A stretch of 64,000 nt of DNA from Candidatus Poribacteria bacterium (GCA_046582655.1 JAYGDX010000280.1:64001-128000); one strand, 5' to 3'. Numbered from the stretch's first letter, positions 11,191-23,356 are shown. The notes: generated by a model not told the origin, from the sequence alone. Numbers and translations are program-made.

Positions 11191-11703
11191 GTTCGAGTAG
11201 GTTGTAATTCCAATCATACAGTCTCGGAAATTGGTTCCCTTTGATACTACCTAATTGGGTTGGTTAGCTGACACAAGAAAACAACTACAATCATCCTTTA
11301 ACCCATTGGCAAATCACCCACCAGATTATTCATTGACTGGGAAAGGCGAGCAGTTGATTATTCGTAGATAGTCTTTTATACGAGTGGGTTATTGTCTAAA
11401 TGCAAAATTATGGCTAGCTAGTAACGGAGACCAAAAGGTAAATGGCCAGAGGGGATTCTAAAATGATTCGGTATGCGCGAGTCAAACCATCCTGACAACT
11501 TGCTATCGATGAAAGTAACTTCTCGAGCAGCTGGTTGACTTTACAATTATAAGACATTGATTTACCTTGCAAGAAGTTTTTTGTTATTATGCAATAACAT
11601 AAACTTAAATTTTTTCAGGATCTGCTTTTAGTTCCTGAAGTATTGGTTGGATAATCGATTAAATTTAATTACTAACAATTTCGATGAAGTAAGGGGATTA
11701 CAA

Positions 11704-12435
11704 ATGACTAAGTCAACATGTTTTTGCTATCGTATTTGTCTTATCTTGATAGTAACATTGGTAGTTAGCCCTTTGGCTTTAGCACTCCACGAGCCAAAGA
11801 AAGGCCCAAGCGAATGGCGTGGGTACAAATTTAAGGAACAGGACATAAAAAAAGCTAAAGATGAATGTGATGATGGAGGTAAACCGCTACCAGAGTATGT
11901 GCCGACAGTACGGGATGGGGAACCCAATCTTGCCTTGCTTGAACAAGGAGGCTTTAAAGTTCTAAATACAATTGCAGGTTGGTGCCCCAAACGTCATTGC
12001 GACAAGTACATTAATGATGGTTTTTACAACAATTGTCGCGGTTGGATTATTGGTGCTCTACCGTCATGGGGCCAAATTGACATCGGTAGTGTGGGGACAG
12101 TCAATCGGATATTTATGGGTAGCGATCATTCGCAAGGCTTTGCGGATCGTACTCCAGCTGACTTTGATATCTTGGTTGCAACTACCAAAGCCGCTGAGAA
12201 GTCAAATGCGGCCACTTGGACAAAGGTCTATGAACACAAAGGTGACCCCATCCGTGAAACAACAGAGATTAAGTTTAAAGAAACCGAAGCACGATGGGTT
12301 CGTATACACATTCGAGGTGCTGATGGAGCTCGTATCGATGAACTGGAGATTTATGGTGGGCGTAACCCTTTAGCGGTTGATCCTGTGGGCAAACTGACAA
12401 CGATCTGGTCACAAATGAAAACTTATCCTCAGTAG
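11704..12435 (+). CDS. Secreted discoidin (F5/8 type C)-like protein with C-terminal AVDPVGKLTTIW motif
   Basis: Signal peptide; INDG..W, WGQIDIG, ARWVRIHI, IDELEIY; RBS AAGGGG before ATG 11704. Confidence 0.8.
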   Translation: MTKSTCFCYRICLILIVTLVVSPLALALHEPKKGPSEWRGYKFKEQDIKKAKDECDDGGKPLPEYVPTVRDGEPNLALLEQGGFKVLNTIAGWCPKRHCDKYINDGFYNNCRGWIIGALPSWGQIDIGSVGTVNRIFMGSDHSQGFADRTPADFDILVATTKAAEKSNAATWTKVYEHKGDPIRETTEIKFKETEARWVRIHIRGADGARIDELEIYGGRNPLAVDPVGKLTTIWSQMKTYPQ

Positions 12436-12457
12436 GATTTTATCTGTCTGGAATTAG

Positions 12458-12495
12458 CGGGTGAAACATCAAGTATAGGCATTTGTTTCACTCGC
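12458..12495 (+). terminator. Intergenic stem-loop (terminator or mRNA-stabilising hairpin)
   Basis: GCGGGTGAAACA ... TGTTTCACTCGC inverted repeat just after stop 12435. Confidence 0.45.
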
Positions 12496-12547
12496 CTTAT
12501 TCACTGATTCGATATCCGCCTGAACCGGTTTTGCCATGGAGGTTTCA

Positions 12548-14408
12548 ATGATTCTAAAAGACGGTTGGTCATCAGCTTATCTCTGTATTTTGGGTTTGAT
12601 TGCATTAGTCAGCGTGAATCAGGTTTCTGCTGCCTTTACTAACGTAACTCAATCAGCTGGTTTAGATAGATATGAAATCGACCTTTTCGATAGTTCTGCC
12701 CATGGCGTAGCTTGGGCGGATTATGATAATGATGGGGATCTTGATCTCTACCTTCCCTACCGTTTTAAGTTCTCCCGGTTCTGCAAAAACAATGGTGATG
12801 GGACCTTTTCCGATGTTACGGAAAAAATTCGGCATTCAAGGGTATATGAGTGCTTGTTTCGCAGATTACGACAACGATGGGGATCTCGATCTCTTTGTCA
12901 TCAATTTCCTGAAGCCGAATGCCCTGTACAAAAACAACAATGATGGAACTTTTTCTGATGTGACTGCTTTGAGCCGGGTGGGCGATGATCGTGGTGATAC
13001 CTATGGTATTACTTTGGGAGACTATGACAAAGATGGAGATCTCGATTTTTATGTCACTAGCTATCTGTTTTATCCTGATCAGTTTTATGGCAATAACGGA
13101 GACGGAACTTTCACCAATCTCTCAGATAAACGGGGTTTTAAGAACTTAGAGGAAAGAGGTTTGGGGGTGCTTTCCCTGGATTACGACAATGACAGGGATC
13201 TAGACATCTACGTGGCTAACGACTTTGGAGATGATGTGCTGTACCAAAATCAGGGTGATGGAACTTTTCGTGATGTCGCAGCTAAAGTTGGTATTGATAA
13301 ACCCTTTAATGCCATGGGTGTGACCGCTGGTGACTACGATAACGATCTGGATCTAGATATCTATATCACAAATGGAGGTACCAACGTTTTGTACCGAAAT
13401 AATGGGGATGGAACCTTCACCAATGTTGCCAAAGAGGCAGGTGTGGAAGATCGCCCCGATATTGGTTGGGGTACCTCTTTCTTTGATTATGACAATGACG
13501 GCGATTTAGATCTTTATGTGGTGAACGGTAGCTTAGAAAACGTTGGCAAGATCCCTGGAAACCCAAGTTGGCCAAACAGATCCGGGCCGAATGTTTTATA
13601 TCGGAATGATGGAGATGGGACCTTTACCGACGTTAGCGAGAGAGAAGGTGTAAAAGATGATGGCAAAGGCCGAGGCAGTTCAATTGGCGATTATGATAAC
13701 GATGGTGATTTAGACATTTACGTGGTTAACATCAATAGACATGATGTGTTATATCGCAACGAAGGTAATCCTAACCATTGGCTGCAAATCAAACCTCGGG
13801 CAAATTATCAAAGCTTATGGATTGGGACACGTATTAAGGCGGTAGCTGGAGACCTCAGGCAAATCCGGGAGATTCGTGCCGGATCAAGCTATGTTTCACA
13901 GGAAAGCATGGTTGCGGCATTCGGGCTGGGAGGATACGAAAAAGTAAATGAAATTGAAATTCGTTGGCCTAACGGTGCAATTCAAACCCTGAAAAATATG
14001 AAGGCAGACCAACTGCTGGTTGTTACCCCTGAGTCATGGACAATCCAAGCTCAGGTGGACCCATCCGGTCTCAAATTAACCAAGTGGGGAAAGGTTCGGC
14101 GTTTAGCCCTATACCCTAATTATCCGAACCCTTTCAATCCCGAAACTTGGATTCCTTTTCAACTAGCAGAAAAAGCCAAAATTAAAATCGAAGTTTATAA
14201 TATTCATGGTCAACTTATGCGTGTCTTGGAACTTGGTAAAAAAGGTCCGGGATTATACCTGACCCCATCCCAAGCTGCTTATTGGGATGGGAAAAATGAA
14301 GGAGGAGAAAAAGTTTCAAGCGGTATTTATTTCTATCGGTTAATAGCAACTGCCGACGAAAGCCAGCAGAAACAGTCAGCTATTGATAGAATGGTTCTGA
14401 TCAAATAA
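12548..14408 (+). pseudogene. FG-GAP/ASPIC-UnbV (CRTAC1-like) secreted protein with NYPNPFNPETWIP C-terminal domain; +1 frameshift in A6 run 12822-12827
   Basis: ORFs 12536-12943 and 12723-14408 join as ...FSDVTEKFGIQGYMSACFADYDNDGDLD if one A is removed. Many DYDNDGDLD repeats, ASPIC motif GSSYVSQ..FGLG. May be a sequencing error. Confidence 0.8.
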
Positions 14409-14437
14409 TATTCAATATCCAATATAAGTCGAATGTA

Positions 14438-15226
14438 ATGACAATTGAAAGGAAGCGTATAGCTTCCCGTATGGTTTCAATTTTCGTCGCTGTGGCGATG
14501 ATGAGTGCCGTTTCAGTTTGGGCTAAGCATAACCCTAAACAGGGCCCCAAAGAGCTTAACGGCGTAAAATTTATCGCGCAAGACATGGATCAAGCAAAGA
14601 AAGAATGTGATCACGGCGACAAAGGGGAACCGGAATTTGCTCCAACCGTTAGAGATGGGGAACCTAATCTGGCATTGATGGTGGGTGCTAAACCATCAGT
14701 TTCTGATGAAATTGCAGACGGTGGCTACTGCCCCAAACCCCACAACCCCAAAGGAAAAGATATAGGGCGGCATTGTGGCGTTTATATCAATGATGGTTTC
14801 TACAATAACTGCCGAAGTTGGATTGGCGGGAAATATCCGGGTTGGGTACAGATTGACCTAGGAAAAGTCGCAAATGTCAATCGGGTGTTTTTCGGTAGCG
14901 ATCATTCTCAAGGTTTTGCCGACCGGGCTGCCACCGAATTTAATATTCTTGTAGCTACAGACAAAGCTGACAAAGATTCCACTGCTGCCAGCTGGAAAAA
15001 AGCTTTTACATATAAAAATGGAGAAAAACCCATCCGGGAAACCGCAGAGTTTAAGTTTGCTGCTGTCAAAGCTCGATATGTGCGAATTCATGTTATTGCC
15101 CCTGACGGCTCGCGTATCGATGAACTTGAAATTTATGGCGGGAAATCTCCTTTAGGTGATGGGGCGGCTGTGCGAGCAGCTGGTAAATTATCTGCCAATT
15201 GGGGGCAGATTAAGCATAGTTTCTAG
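14438..15226 (+). CDS. Secreted discoidin-like protein, paralog of 11704-12435
   Basis: Shared PTVRDGEPNLAL, YINDGFYNNCR, GSDHSQGFADR, RIDELEIYGG; C-terminus AVRAAGKLSANWGQIK. Confidence 0.82.
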   Translation: MTIERKRIASRMVSIFVAVAMMSAVSVWAKHNPKQGPKELNGVKFIAQDMDQAKKECDHGDKGEPEFAPTVRDGEPNLALMVGAKPSVSDEIADGGYCPKPHNPKGKDIGRHCGVYINDGFYNNCRSWIGGKYPGWVQIDLGKVANVNRVFFGSDHSQGFADRAATEFNILVATDKADKDSTAASWKKAFTYKNGEKPIRETAEFKFAAVKARYVRIHVIAPDGSRIDELEIYGGKSPLGDGAAVRAAGKLSANWGQIKHSF

Positions 15227-15258
15227 CCTTATACTCATAATCTAATTGTGTTTTTTTT

Positions 15259-15320
15259 GATCTCCTAATCCAATTTTAGCTGCTGTGTTTAATCAAGCGT
15301 TAAAGTTGGTTTGGGAGATC
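15259..15320 (+). terminator. Long intergenic hairpin
   Basis: GATCTCCTAATCCAATTTTA ... TAAAGTTGGTTTGGGAGATC imperfect inverted repeat with G-U pairs. Confidence 0.4.
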
Positions 15321-15470
15321 TTGATATGTGGCTGAGGAACATATTCATTCACATTAGAATTTAGTATGTATTTTATGTCATATTCCACCTAAATTGTTTT
15401 ACTCATTTTAAATAAACAATTTGGGTAGGAAGTGCCCTCTTCGTTCTCCCAAAAAAACTGACCGATCCTG

Positions 15471-17792
15471 ATGATGATACTGAGAGCAGTAAAATACGCG
15501 TTCATTTCCGCCTTTTTAATAGTTTTTTCTTCGGTTGGATTCTCTCAGGATATCGGTGACCTACCTAATGTTAAACATACTGAACAAGAAGCAATTGATA
15601 ACGGTTCCCTTTCTTTTAAGGAGCTTTTCGATATCGGTGGAAAATTGTTTACCGTCGATTTCAGCACCTTGGACGGTTATGGACGTCCCAACGTCAATGC
15701 TAACGGTATTTTGAATGAGTTAGCTGGTCGGGTACTCGGTGATAAACCCAACGATCTTTTCACCCGAACCTTTGGTCCAGATGCCAGCTCTTGCGTGGAA
15801 TGTCATAACAAACCCTTTGCCGGCGGCGCTGGAGGCAACGTGGCTAATGTTTTTATCCGGTCATGGGATTCCAGACACCCTTTTTCCGTTAAAGAAGGAC
15901 ATTCTAACGAACGGAACACTAAACATGTTTTTGGTTCCGGGGGGCTCGAACTACTAGCTGAGGAAATGACAGCGAAGTTACAAGCTACTAAAAGTCAAGC
16001 AATCATCCAAGCTGCTCGTACTGGACAATTCGTACGACGTCCCCTTAAAGCCAAGGGCGTGAATTTTGGCAGTTTGGTTGCTATGCCTGATGGTGTTGTT
16101 GATACAAGTGATGTTGTCGGTGTTTCTGCAGACTTGATAATTAAACCGTTTGGTTCAAAAGGCACGATTGAAAGTATAAGAAAGTTCACCACCAATCCCT
16201 TAGTCCACCATCACGGGATTCAAGCAGATGAAAGGTTGGAAGATGACCCTAAAAAAGAGATTCATCCTTTCCATCAATGGGATGATGGTGATGGTTACGA
16301 TCATGAAGCCACACGCGGTGATGTCACAGCACTGGTAATCTGGCAAGCGGCTCAACCGGTGCCTGTTCAGATAATTCCGGATAACCCCGTGGTGGCTCAA
16401 GCGGTAGCTGAAGGCACTAAGGCATTCGAAGAAATTGGCTGTGCAACATGTCATATTCCCCAACTTATTGTTGATGATCCTATTTTCCGTGAACCCAGTC
16501 GCATAGATCCAACAAAGTCTTTCAGTTTCGATATTACGCGTGACGGTCCTGAACCCCATTTTGAAAGAACCGCTGACGGTAAAGCCGTGGTTTATGCCTA
16601 CACGGATTTGAAACGGCACTATATGGGTGAGGGCTTGCGAGAACCGTTGGATGAACTTGGGGTTGATGCCGCAGTTTTCATGACGGCGGAACTGTGGGGT
16701 GTCGGTAATACCGGTCCCTGGATGTTTAACGGTCGCGCCTTTACTCTGGATCGAGCCATTCGTATGCACGGTGGTGAGGCACAGGCCAGCCGAGACGAAT
16801 ATGCGGCCTTACCTGACCAAAAACAACGTGAACTTGTCGAGTTCCTGAAGTCGTTGGTACTTCCCCCCAATTTCCAAGCAGACATACAACTAGAAAAAGG
16901 GCTTAACATGGTTTCTCTACCTTTGAAACCCTACTCTCCTTTCTCTGCCAGCCATTTGGCGCAGAAACTGGGAACTTCGATTGTTATCCGGTTTAATTCA
17001 CAAATACAACAATTTGAGGGATTCACCGTATCTGATCCCCCACCAGGATTTGCTGTCGAGGGAGGAAAAGCATACGTGGTCAATGCCATGCAGCCAGCAA
17101 CTATCACGATTACTGGAGACGCTTGGCATCGTGGAGAACCGAATGTTCGGCCTTTTATGCGGGCACCATCTGCAACAAAGGAACAAACCAAATGGGCATT
17201 CATTCTTTGTGGCAAACTCAAAGACGCTGACCTCTCGCAAAAATATATAGTCTCTGCTCGGAATCAGCGAACCGGTATGCGAACAGCAGACATTGTTTCA
17301 TCTAAGAAGAACGCATTTTCAATTGTATGGGTAGGTTACGCTAATCAGTCTATCATCGCGCGTCAGGATATTCTCAAAATCACAGTCGAAGACGAAAGCA
17401 ATCAACGTGTTATCGGAGAATTAGAACATTCAATAGATGACCATGAGTTTGACCAGGCATATGTTTATTTGGAGTTAGGCTTAGAAGATGTCATGCCGTT
17501 ACAGACGGTTCTGGCCCAGAATTATCCCAATCCATTCAATCCGGAGACATGGATACCGTATAAGCTTTCAGAATCAGGAACAGTTGAGATCCAAATTTAC
17601 GATGCCAGAGGGAAAATTGTCCGCAAATTGGATTTGGGAATGAAGCCGACAGGAATATATTTTGATCAAGCATATGCTGCCTATTGGGATGGCACTAATA
17701 CGGTGGGTGAACAGGTAGCCAGCGGAACATATTTCTACACCTTCACAACCGGCACATTTTCTCAAACAAAGAAACTGGTTATTGCCAGATAA
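15471..17792 (+). CDS. Secreted di-heme c protein (DHOR / cytochrome c peroxidase-like) with NYPNPFNPETWIP C-terminal domain
   Basis: Signal peptide; CVECH and CATCH heme motifs; YTDLKRHYMG, ELWGVG..GPWMFNGRA..L..AI..HGGEA; C-terminal QNYPNPFNPETWIPY...YWDG.N..GEQVASGTYFY. Confidence 0.85.
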   Translation: MMILRAVKYAFISAFLIVFSSVGFSQDIGDLPNVKHTEQEAIDNGSLSFKELFDIGGKLFTVDFSTLDGYGRPNVNANGILNELAGRVLGDKPNDLFTRTFGPDASSCVECHNKPFAGGAGGNVANVFIRSWDSRHPFSVKEGHSNERNTKHVFGSGGLELLAEEMTAKLQATKSQAIIQAARTGQFVRRPLKAKGVNFGSLVAMPDGVVDTSDVVGVSADLIIKPFGSKGTIESIRKFTTNPLVHHHGIQADERLEDDPKKEIHPFHQWDDGDGYDHEATRGDVTALVIWQAAQPVPVQIIPDNPVVAQAVAEGTKAFEEIGCATCHIPQLIVDDPIFREPSRIDPTKSFSFDITRDGPEPHFERTADGKAVVYAYTDLKRHYMGEGLREPLDELGVDAAVFMTAELWGVGNTGPWMFNGRAFTLDRAIRMHGGEAQASRDEYAALPDQKQRELVEFLKSLVLPPNFQADIQLEKGLNMVSLPLKPYSPFSASHLAQKLGTSIVIRFNSQIQQFEGFTVSDPPPGFAVEGGKAYVVNAMQPATITITGDAWHRGEPNVRPFMRAPSATKEQTKWAFILCGKLKDADLSQKYIVSARNQRTGMRTADIVSSKKNAFSIVWVGYANQSIIARQDILKITVEDESNQRVIGELEHSIDDHEFDQAYVYLELGLEDVMPLQTVLAQNYPNPFNPETWIPYKLSESGTVEIQIYDARGKIVRKLDLGMKPTGIYFDQAYAAYWDGTNTVGEQVASGTYFYTFTTGTFSQTKKLVIAR

Positions 17793-17898
17793 AATGTCGT
17801 TCACTTGTTATGAGTTGCCATTTTAAAATATTTGATTGTTTTCTTAATTATGTTATCACTAAACTGGCACCTGATTAAAAAAGGGGAATATTGAGGTT

Positions 17899-18735
17899 TT
17901 GACAGAAACAGAAAAATATGAATTTGATAGACAGGGATTTATTATCCTACCCGATTTCCTGACCCAGCAGGAAGTCGACTGTCTGAAACCGGCTATCCAG
18001 AAACTTGAAAAACACGCCAGGGAACATTACCAACTGGAACCACGCAACGTCAGGAAACCTAACTACCATTTTAATCCTGAAGGTGGATATCACGTAACAG
18101 GCGGACACCAACATGGCCAGACCCTGATAATTGAGGATTTTTTCAATTTTGATCCTGCATTCGACTTTTTGGTAAATCACTCAAAAACCATGGATTACAT
18201 TGATGGTATTGTTAGGGAAAAAATAGCAATCAATAATTCCGAATTGCGGGTGAGGTACACAGGTAATTTCTCAGGAGGACATGGAGGCGGTTATGGGCGT
18301 AGTCATAAACATCGGTACTCGATTGGAGCTGATGGTATTGACTGCATGATGGTCCGTTTCATTTATTTTACGCATGATGTCAGTAACGAAGGGGGTGCCT
18401 TTTGCGTTGTACCCGGCAGTCACAAGTCAGCCTTCCTTTGCCCATATAAATGCAGTATAGATGAGGAACCTGGTGTGATTGGGTTAGAGGTCAAAGCTGG
18501 GGATGCAATTCTATTTACCGAACATCTCCGTCATGGTGGGTTCACTAATCACAAAGATGAAACTCGGATGACACTACATGTTGGTTATGGCCCCTACTGG
18601 ATGATGTCGCAGAACATTGCTACTATGGATGAACCATTATTCATTAAGCCAGAAACTTGGGTACGTTATGACCAAGAACAGAAAGAACTATTCCAACCTT
18701 GGTTGCGGCAAGGTCCAGAATATCAATTGGAGTAA
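17899..18735 (+). CDS. PhyH-like Fe(II)/2-oxoglutarate enzyme with H-x-G motif (candidate halogenase)
   Basis: FDRQGFIILPDFL, GAFCVVPGSHK, AGDAILFTEHLRHGG, RMTLHVGY; first iron-ligand region reads GHGGG. Confidence 0.85.
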   Translation: MTETEKYEFDRQGFIILPDFLTQQEVDCLKPAIQKLEKHAREHYQLEPRNVRKPNYHFNPEGGYHVTGGHQHGQTLIIEDFFNFDPAFDFLVNHSKTMDYIDGIVREKIAINNSELRVRYTGNFSGGHGGGYGRSHKHRYSIGADGIDCMMVRFIYFTHDVSNEGGAFCVVPGSHKSAFLCPYKCSIDEEPGVIGLEVKAGDAILFTEHLRHGGFTNHKDETRMTLHVGYGPYWMMSQNIATMDEPLFIKPETWVRYDQEQKELFQPWLRQGPEYQLE

Positions 18736-18861
18736 CCTCAGGATTATTCTAAATCCCAGATGAGTTTTGGGGAGAAGATTTACCTACTTGAAGTGACATT
18801 TTGTGGCTATGTTTATAGGGTTGAATTACAATTTACAATTGGGTTGAGGTAAGGATTGAAA

Positions 18862-19689
18862 ATGGAATTGAAATCATCAGATCTAGAGATATCTTCTGGG
18901 CGTTTAGATTTAGCTGAAAAAGATTTGCGAACCGTCGGATTCCACATTGTTGAAAATGTAATTACTGCTGAAGACGCGGATGAAGCACGTGAAGCCACAC
19001 TGGCTCTCGCTAAAACTGAGGCCAAAAATGGTAAAGGCAGTATCTATGGAGAGGATAAAATTCGTCGCGTCTGGGCGTTAGTTAGTAAAGGCACTATTTT
19101 TTGCCAACTTATCCAGCACCCGACAGTAATCGCCATTTGGAAACGATTTTTGGGTGAGGATGTGATTGCTTCCACTTTTACCGCTAACATCGTTGGACCA
19201 GGAGCCCCTGCAGGTGGCTGGCACATTGATTACCCTTATTGGGCAATGTCTCCACCTTTTCCCGAAGGATCTTTAACGGGACAAACAGTTTGGATGTTAG
19301 ACGACTTCACGCCGGATAATGGACCAACAGCATGTATTCCCAACTCGCATAAAATACTACGGCCTCCCACACCTGGAGAAGCAGACAAACAGCAAATGGC
19401 TGTTGCAACTGCACCTAAAGGATCCATACTGTTTACAAATGGCGCCATATGGCATCAATGCCTGCCAAATACAACCAACCAGTCACGCGTCGGATTATTG
19501 GGGATGTACAATCGCTCGGTAATTTATCCTCAAGAAGATATGCCACGTCAATTGACTGACCATCAATTAGAGGGTCAAAGTGATATGTTGAAGCAACTTC
19601 TAGGTCGAAAGATGCAGTTCCGCGATCCAGACAACGGTATTACCTGGCGTCGGACAGAAACGGGATTTGGCACACACGATGCCACCTAG
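18862..19689 (+). CDS. Phytanoyl-CoA dioxygenase (PhyH) family protein
   Basis: WHIDYP (HxD), WMLDDFTPDNGPT..IPNSH, GSILFTNGAIWH, NTTNQSRVG. Confidence 0.9.
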   Translation: MELKSSDLEISSGRLDLAEKDLRTVGFHIVENVITAEDADEAREATLALAKTEAKNGKGSIYGEDKIRRVWALVSKGTIFCQLIQHPTVIAIWKRFLGEDVIASTFTANIVGPGAPAGGWHIDYPYWAMSPPFPEGSLTGQTVWMLDDFTPDNGPTACIPNSHKILRPPTPGEADKQQMAVATAPKGSILFTNGAIWHQCLPNTTNQSRVGLLGMYNRSVIYPQEDMPRQLTDHQLEGQSDMLKQLLGRKMQFRDPDNGITWRRTETGFGTHDAT

Positions 19690-19800
19690 ATCTAAGCACA
19701 TAGTTCTACCGTTACATTTTGACTGCCTAGTTTTAAGAATCATACATCAAGACAAAAAACGTTCTGTTTTCAACCGTGACTCAGGAGGAATTATTTTTCC

Positions 19801-22800
19801 ATGAAAAAAGAAAAAATTCAGCTTTTACGGATTTTCCTGATTTTCCTGATGGTTGGGCTGTCCTGCATTAATTGCCTCACTATTGCTGAGCAAAATAAGC
19901 AAGGTCAGGATACCAAGATTGATTTCGATCGCGATATTGAACCGATACTCGCTGCAAAGTGTTATCAATGTCACGGAGCCAATCAGCAGAAAAGTGGGTT
20001 GCGCCTTCATGACCACCAATCAGCTCTACACGGCGGTGACTCCATGAAACCTGCCATTGTGCCGGGCAACAGCTCTGAAAGTTACTTAATCCAGCGTATC
20101 ATTAGCGAGGACAAGTTTGAACGCATGCCGCCGGCAGATAAAGAACCCATCACTCCTGAGGAAATCCGTCTCTTACGCATGTGGATCGATCAGGGTGCAA
20201 ATTGGCCAGAGAAGGAAGATACTGCGGTTGCAGATCAATCATTCCAGGGAGATCACTGGGCATTCCAGCTAGTTGAACGACCAAAGGTGCCGATTTTACA
20301 TGATGCGGCAGATAAGGCGTGGGCACGAAACCCAATTGACAATTTCATCATAGCCCGCCTAGATAAAAAGGGGCTATCTCCATCGGAAAAAGCGGATCGA
20401 TCGACTCTGATTCGGCGATGGAGCCAAACCTTGCTCGGATTGCCACCATCGCCTGAAGATGTTCAGCAATTTGTAGCAGATCAAAGTCCCGATGCCTACG
20501 AGCAACTTGTTGACCGCCTGTTAGCTTCACCCCATTACGGTGAACGTTGGGGGCAACACTGGCTGGATATCGTTCGTTTTGCGGAAACAAGTGGTTTTGA
20601 GGTCAACACCCCTCGACCGAATGCATGGCATTATCGGGATTACGTCATCCAAGCCTTTAACAAAGATACGCCTTACAATCAATTTATTCTTGAGCAGTTG
20701 GCAGGGGATACTGTTGGTGCTGATGTTGCTACTGGGTTTCTCGTTGCTGGACCGAAAGACCTAGTAGGAAGTCCTGACATTCGTCTAACTTTGGCTCAGC
20801 GAATGGACGAACTTCACGATATGATCAATACCACCGGGATGACGTTTATGGGGTTGACAACCGGTTGTGCCCGTTGTCACGATCACAAGTTCGATCCAAT
20901 TTCTCAACGCGATTATTATGCCATGCAAGCAGTTTTTTCTGGAGTCAAGCACGGTGATCGAGTGCTTAGTTCCCCGCAATATAAAGAAAACCAAAAAAAG
21001 GCCAAAGAAACGAAAGAAAAACGTAACAAGGTCAAAAATCAACTTTCAAAATTCGAGCCACTGGCATTTACAGGAAAAACACTTGTTATCGATGATCAAC
21101 TCCCGGAAACTGAAGCATCCAATTTGAAGAAGGAGAAACCCAGTCGAACCGATACCACAATCCTGATGGAGATTGGCGGCACTGCGGGTTACACAAGTGG
21201 GAAAAAACGTGGTGAAAGTAATGACACTGGGGGTTTAGGGCGGTTACCCAATATAGGCAAAAAATATACTTGGTGGAAAGCAGCGCATGCAGATGTTTTC
21301 ACCTGGAATCCTGGCCTATCGGGATATTACCAAATTTGGCTGTCATGGGGTTGTGGACTTAGCGGTCGTTCCAATACGACCAAAGCGCTCCATGCCATGG
21401 ATGCGGAGTATCACCTTGACCTGGATGGTGATTTGGCAACGCAAGATGATCGCAGATTAATCACCATCATCAACCAACAAAAATTGGCTGATGGCACTGA
21501 TGCGCCTACCGAACTAGTGGGAGCATCTGGCAGCAAAAACTTGTGGAGTGGGTTGTATGCTGCCGGCATACATGAATTAAATCGAAACAGCCGCATCATT
21601 CTCCGTGGGGGTTCGTCAGATGCTCCGGTGGCTGCTGACATCATGGTATTCCAGCAGGCTGCTGATTCTTTAACTTTGCAGGAATCTAGCCCCCAATTAC
21701 GGCCAGCCGTTCAGACTTGGCAAAATTCCGAACGGTTCAAACCGATAGAGGCCAAGTTCGTTCGGTTTACTATTCTCGGAACCAATGGTGGAGAGCCCTG
21801 CATCGATGAGCTTGAGATCTATACTGAGGGTTCAGACTCGAGTAACGTCGCCCTGGCAAGTACGGGCGCGAAAGCTACGGCATCCGGCACTTTGCCAGGT
21901 TATGAAATCCACAAACTTCGGCATATTAACGATGGATTATACGGTAACAGTCACAGCTGGATCTCGGATGAAATTGGCCAGGGATGGGTAGAGATTGGAC
22001 TGGCGCAAAAAGCAACTATCCACAGAATCGCTTGGGGACGCGATCTAAAAGGGAAATTCGGTGACAGGACACCAATTCAGTATAAAATTGAAGTAGCTGA
22101 TGAAATGAGGAACTGGAATCTGATCTCAAGTGCGGAGGACCGCATCCCATTTGTTTTAACAGTAAACAAAGACAGTTCATCAGAAAACAGCAGTGGTCTT
22201 TTTTATCCTGTCATAGACTTATCTGAAGATGCAATTGTAGTCTTAAAGGAATTAATTGGCCAAGTCAAGGTTCTTGATGCGGAACTGGACCAGCTAGCTC
22301 TGGATGTTCCCATGATTTATGCTGGTCAATTTAATCAACCTGAAGAATTGACACATTGGTTGTATCGCGGCGACCCATTCCAAAAACGCGATGTTGTCAA
22401 ACCGAGTGGGATTTCCTCCTTCAAAGGGAATCTCAACTTGGACAATGAAACGTTGGAATCACAACGTCGATTGAAGTTAGCACAGTGGATCAGTGATCCG
22501 AAAAACCCTCTGACAGCACGAGTGATGGTCAATAGGATTTGGCACTACCATTTTGGGGAAGGCATTGTCAACAGCCCATCCGATTTTGGTGTTAATGGCG
22601 GGGCCCCATCACACCTACAGCTATTGGATTGGCTGGCTTCAGAGTTTAAAGATTCCGGTTGGAGTATTAAATCGATTCAACGACTCATTGTGTTATCCAG
22701 CACCTATTTGCAGTCAAGTCAACCCAACACAAAGGGGTTAGAACTAGATGTAGATTGCCGCTTGCTATGGCGGTTTCCACCGCGCCGTTTGGCAGCTGAA

Positions 22801-23298
22801 GCCATTCGCGATTCCATTCTACAGGTGAGCGGTGCCATAGACCTGACTATGGGAGGCGTTGGATATGAGGTGTTTGAACCAAATACTAATTATGTCCGTG
22901 TTTATAATCCAAAGAAAGAATTTGGTCCAACTGAATGGCGGCGTATGGTTTACCAGCGAAAAATTCGTATGGAAGGAGACGCAACTTTTGAAGCCTTCGA
23001 TTGTCCGGATGGAGGGCAAGTTTGTCCCAAGAGGACCCGTTCGATAACAGCCCTGCAAGCCCTGAATTTATTAAACAGTCATTTTATGGTTCAACAGGCA
23101 GATTTGTTTTCCCAACGGCTATTGCAGGAAACCAACCAAAATACTTCGGCTCAAGTTCGTCTGGGATTTCAACTGGCCTATGGCCGAAAACCAGACCTCC
23201 AGGAACTACAAAGATCGATAGCATTAGTTGAATCGCATGGGTTACCAATTTTCTGTCGAGCGATTTTCAATACCAATGAATTTATGTTCATTAACTAA
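19801..23298 (+). CDS. Planctomycete-type cytochrome c (PSCyt1) / DUF1549 / DUF1553 protein with inserted discoidin-like domain
   Basis: [81 protein letters not shown]. Confidence 0.92.
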   Translation: MKKEKIQLLRIFLIFLMVGLSCINCLTIAEQNKQGQDTKIDFDRDIEPILAAKCYQCHGANQQKSGLRLHDHQSALHGGDSMKPAIVPGNSSESYLIQRIISEDKFERMPPADKEPITPEEIRLLRMWIDQGANWPEKEDTAVADQSFQGDHWAFQLVERPKVPILHDAADKAWARNPIDNFIIARLDKKGLSPSEKADRSTLIRRWSQTLLGLPPSPEDVQQFVADQSPDAYEQLVDRLLASPHYGERWGQHWLDIVRFAETSGFEVNTPRPNAWHYRDYVIQAFNKDTPYNQFILEQLAGDTVGADVATGFLVAGPKDLVGSPDIRLTLAQRMDELHDMINTTGMTFMGLTTGCARCHDHKFDPISQRDYYAMQAVFSGVKHGDRVLSSPQYKENQKKAKETKEKRNKVKNQLSKFEPLAFTGKTLVIDDQLPETEASNLKKEKPSRTDTTILMEIGGTAGYTSGKKRGESNDTGGLGRLPNIGKKYTWWKAAHADVFTWNPGLSGYYQIWLSWGCGLSGRSNTTKALHAMDAEYHLDLDGDLATQDDRRLITIINQQKLADGTDAPTELVGASGSKNLWSGLYAAGIHELNRNSRIILRGGSSDAPVAADIMVFQQAADSLTLQESSPQLRPAVQTWQNSERFKPIEAKFVRFTILGTNGGEPCIDELEIYTEGSDSSNVALASTGAKATASGTLPGYEIHKLRHINDGLYGNSHSWISDEIGQGWVEIGLAQKATIHRIAWGRDLKGKFGDRTPIQYKIEVADEMRNWNLISSAEDRIPFVLTVNKDSSSENSSGLFYPVIDLSEDAIVVLKELIGQVKVLDAELDQLALDVPMIYAGQFNQPEELTHWLYRGDPFQKRDVVKPSGISSFKGNLNLDNETLESQRRLKLAQWISDPKNPLTARVMVNRIWHYHFGEGIVNSPSDFGVNGGAPSHLQLLDWLASEFKDSGWSIKSIQRLIVLSSTYLQSSQPNTKGLELDVDCRLLWRFPPRRLAAEAIRDSILQVSGAIDLTMGGVGYEVFEPNTNYVRVYNPKKEFGPTEWRRMVYQRKIRMEGDATFEAFDCPDGGQVCPKRTRSITALQALNLLNSHFMVQQADLFSQRLLQETNQNTSAQVRLGFQLAYGRKPDLQELQRSIALVESHGLPIFCRAIFNTNEFMFIN

Positions 23299-23356
23299 TG
23301 AAGACCTTAGGATACGATTTTTCAGCATAATTTTTCAATATCAGGAGGAATGGGGC

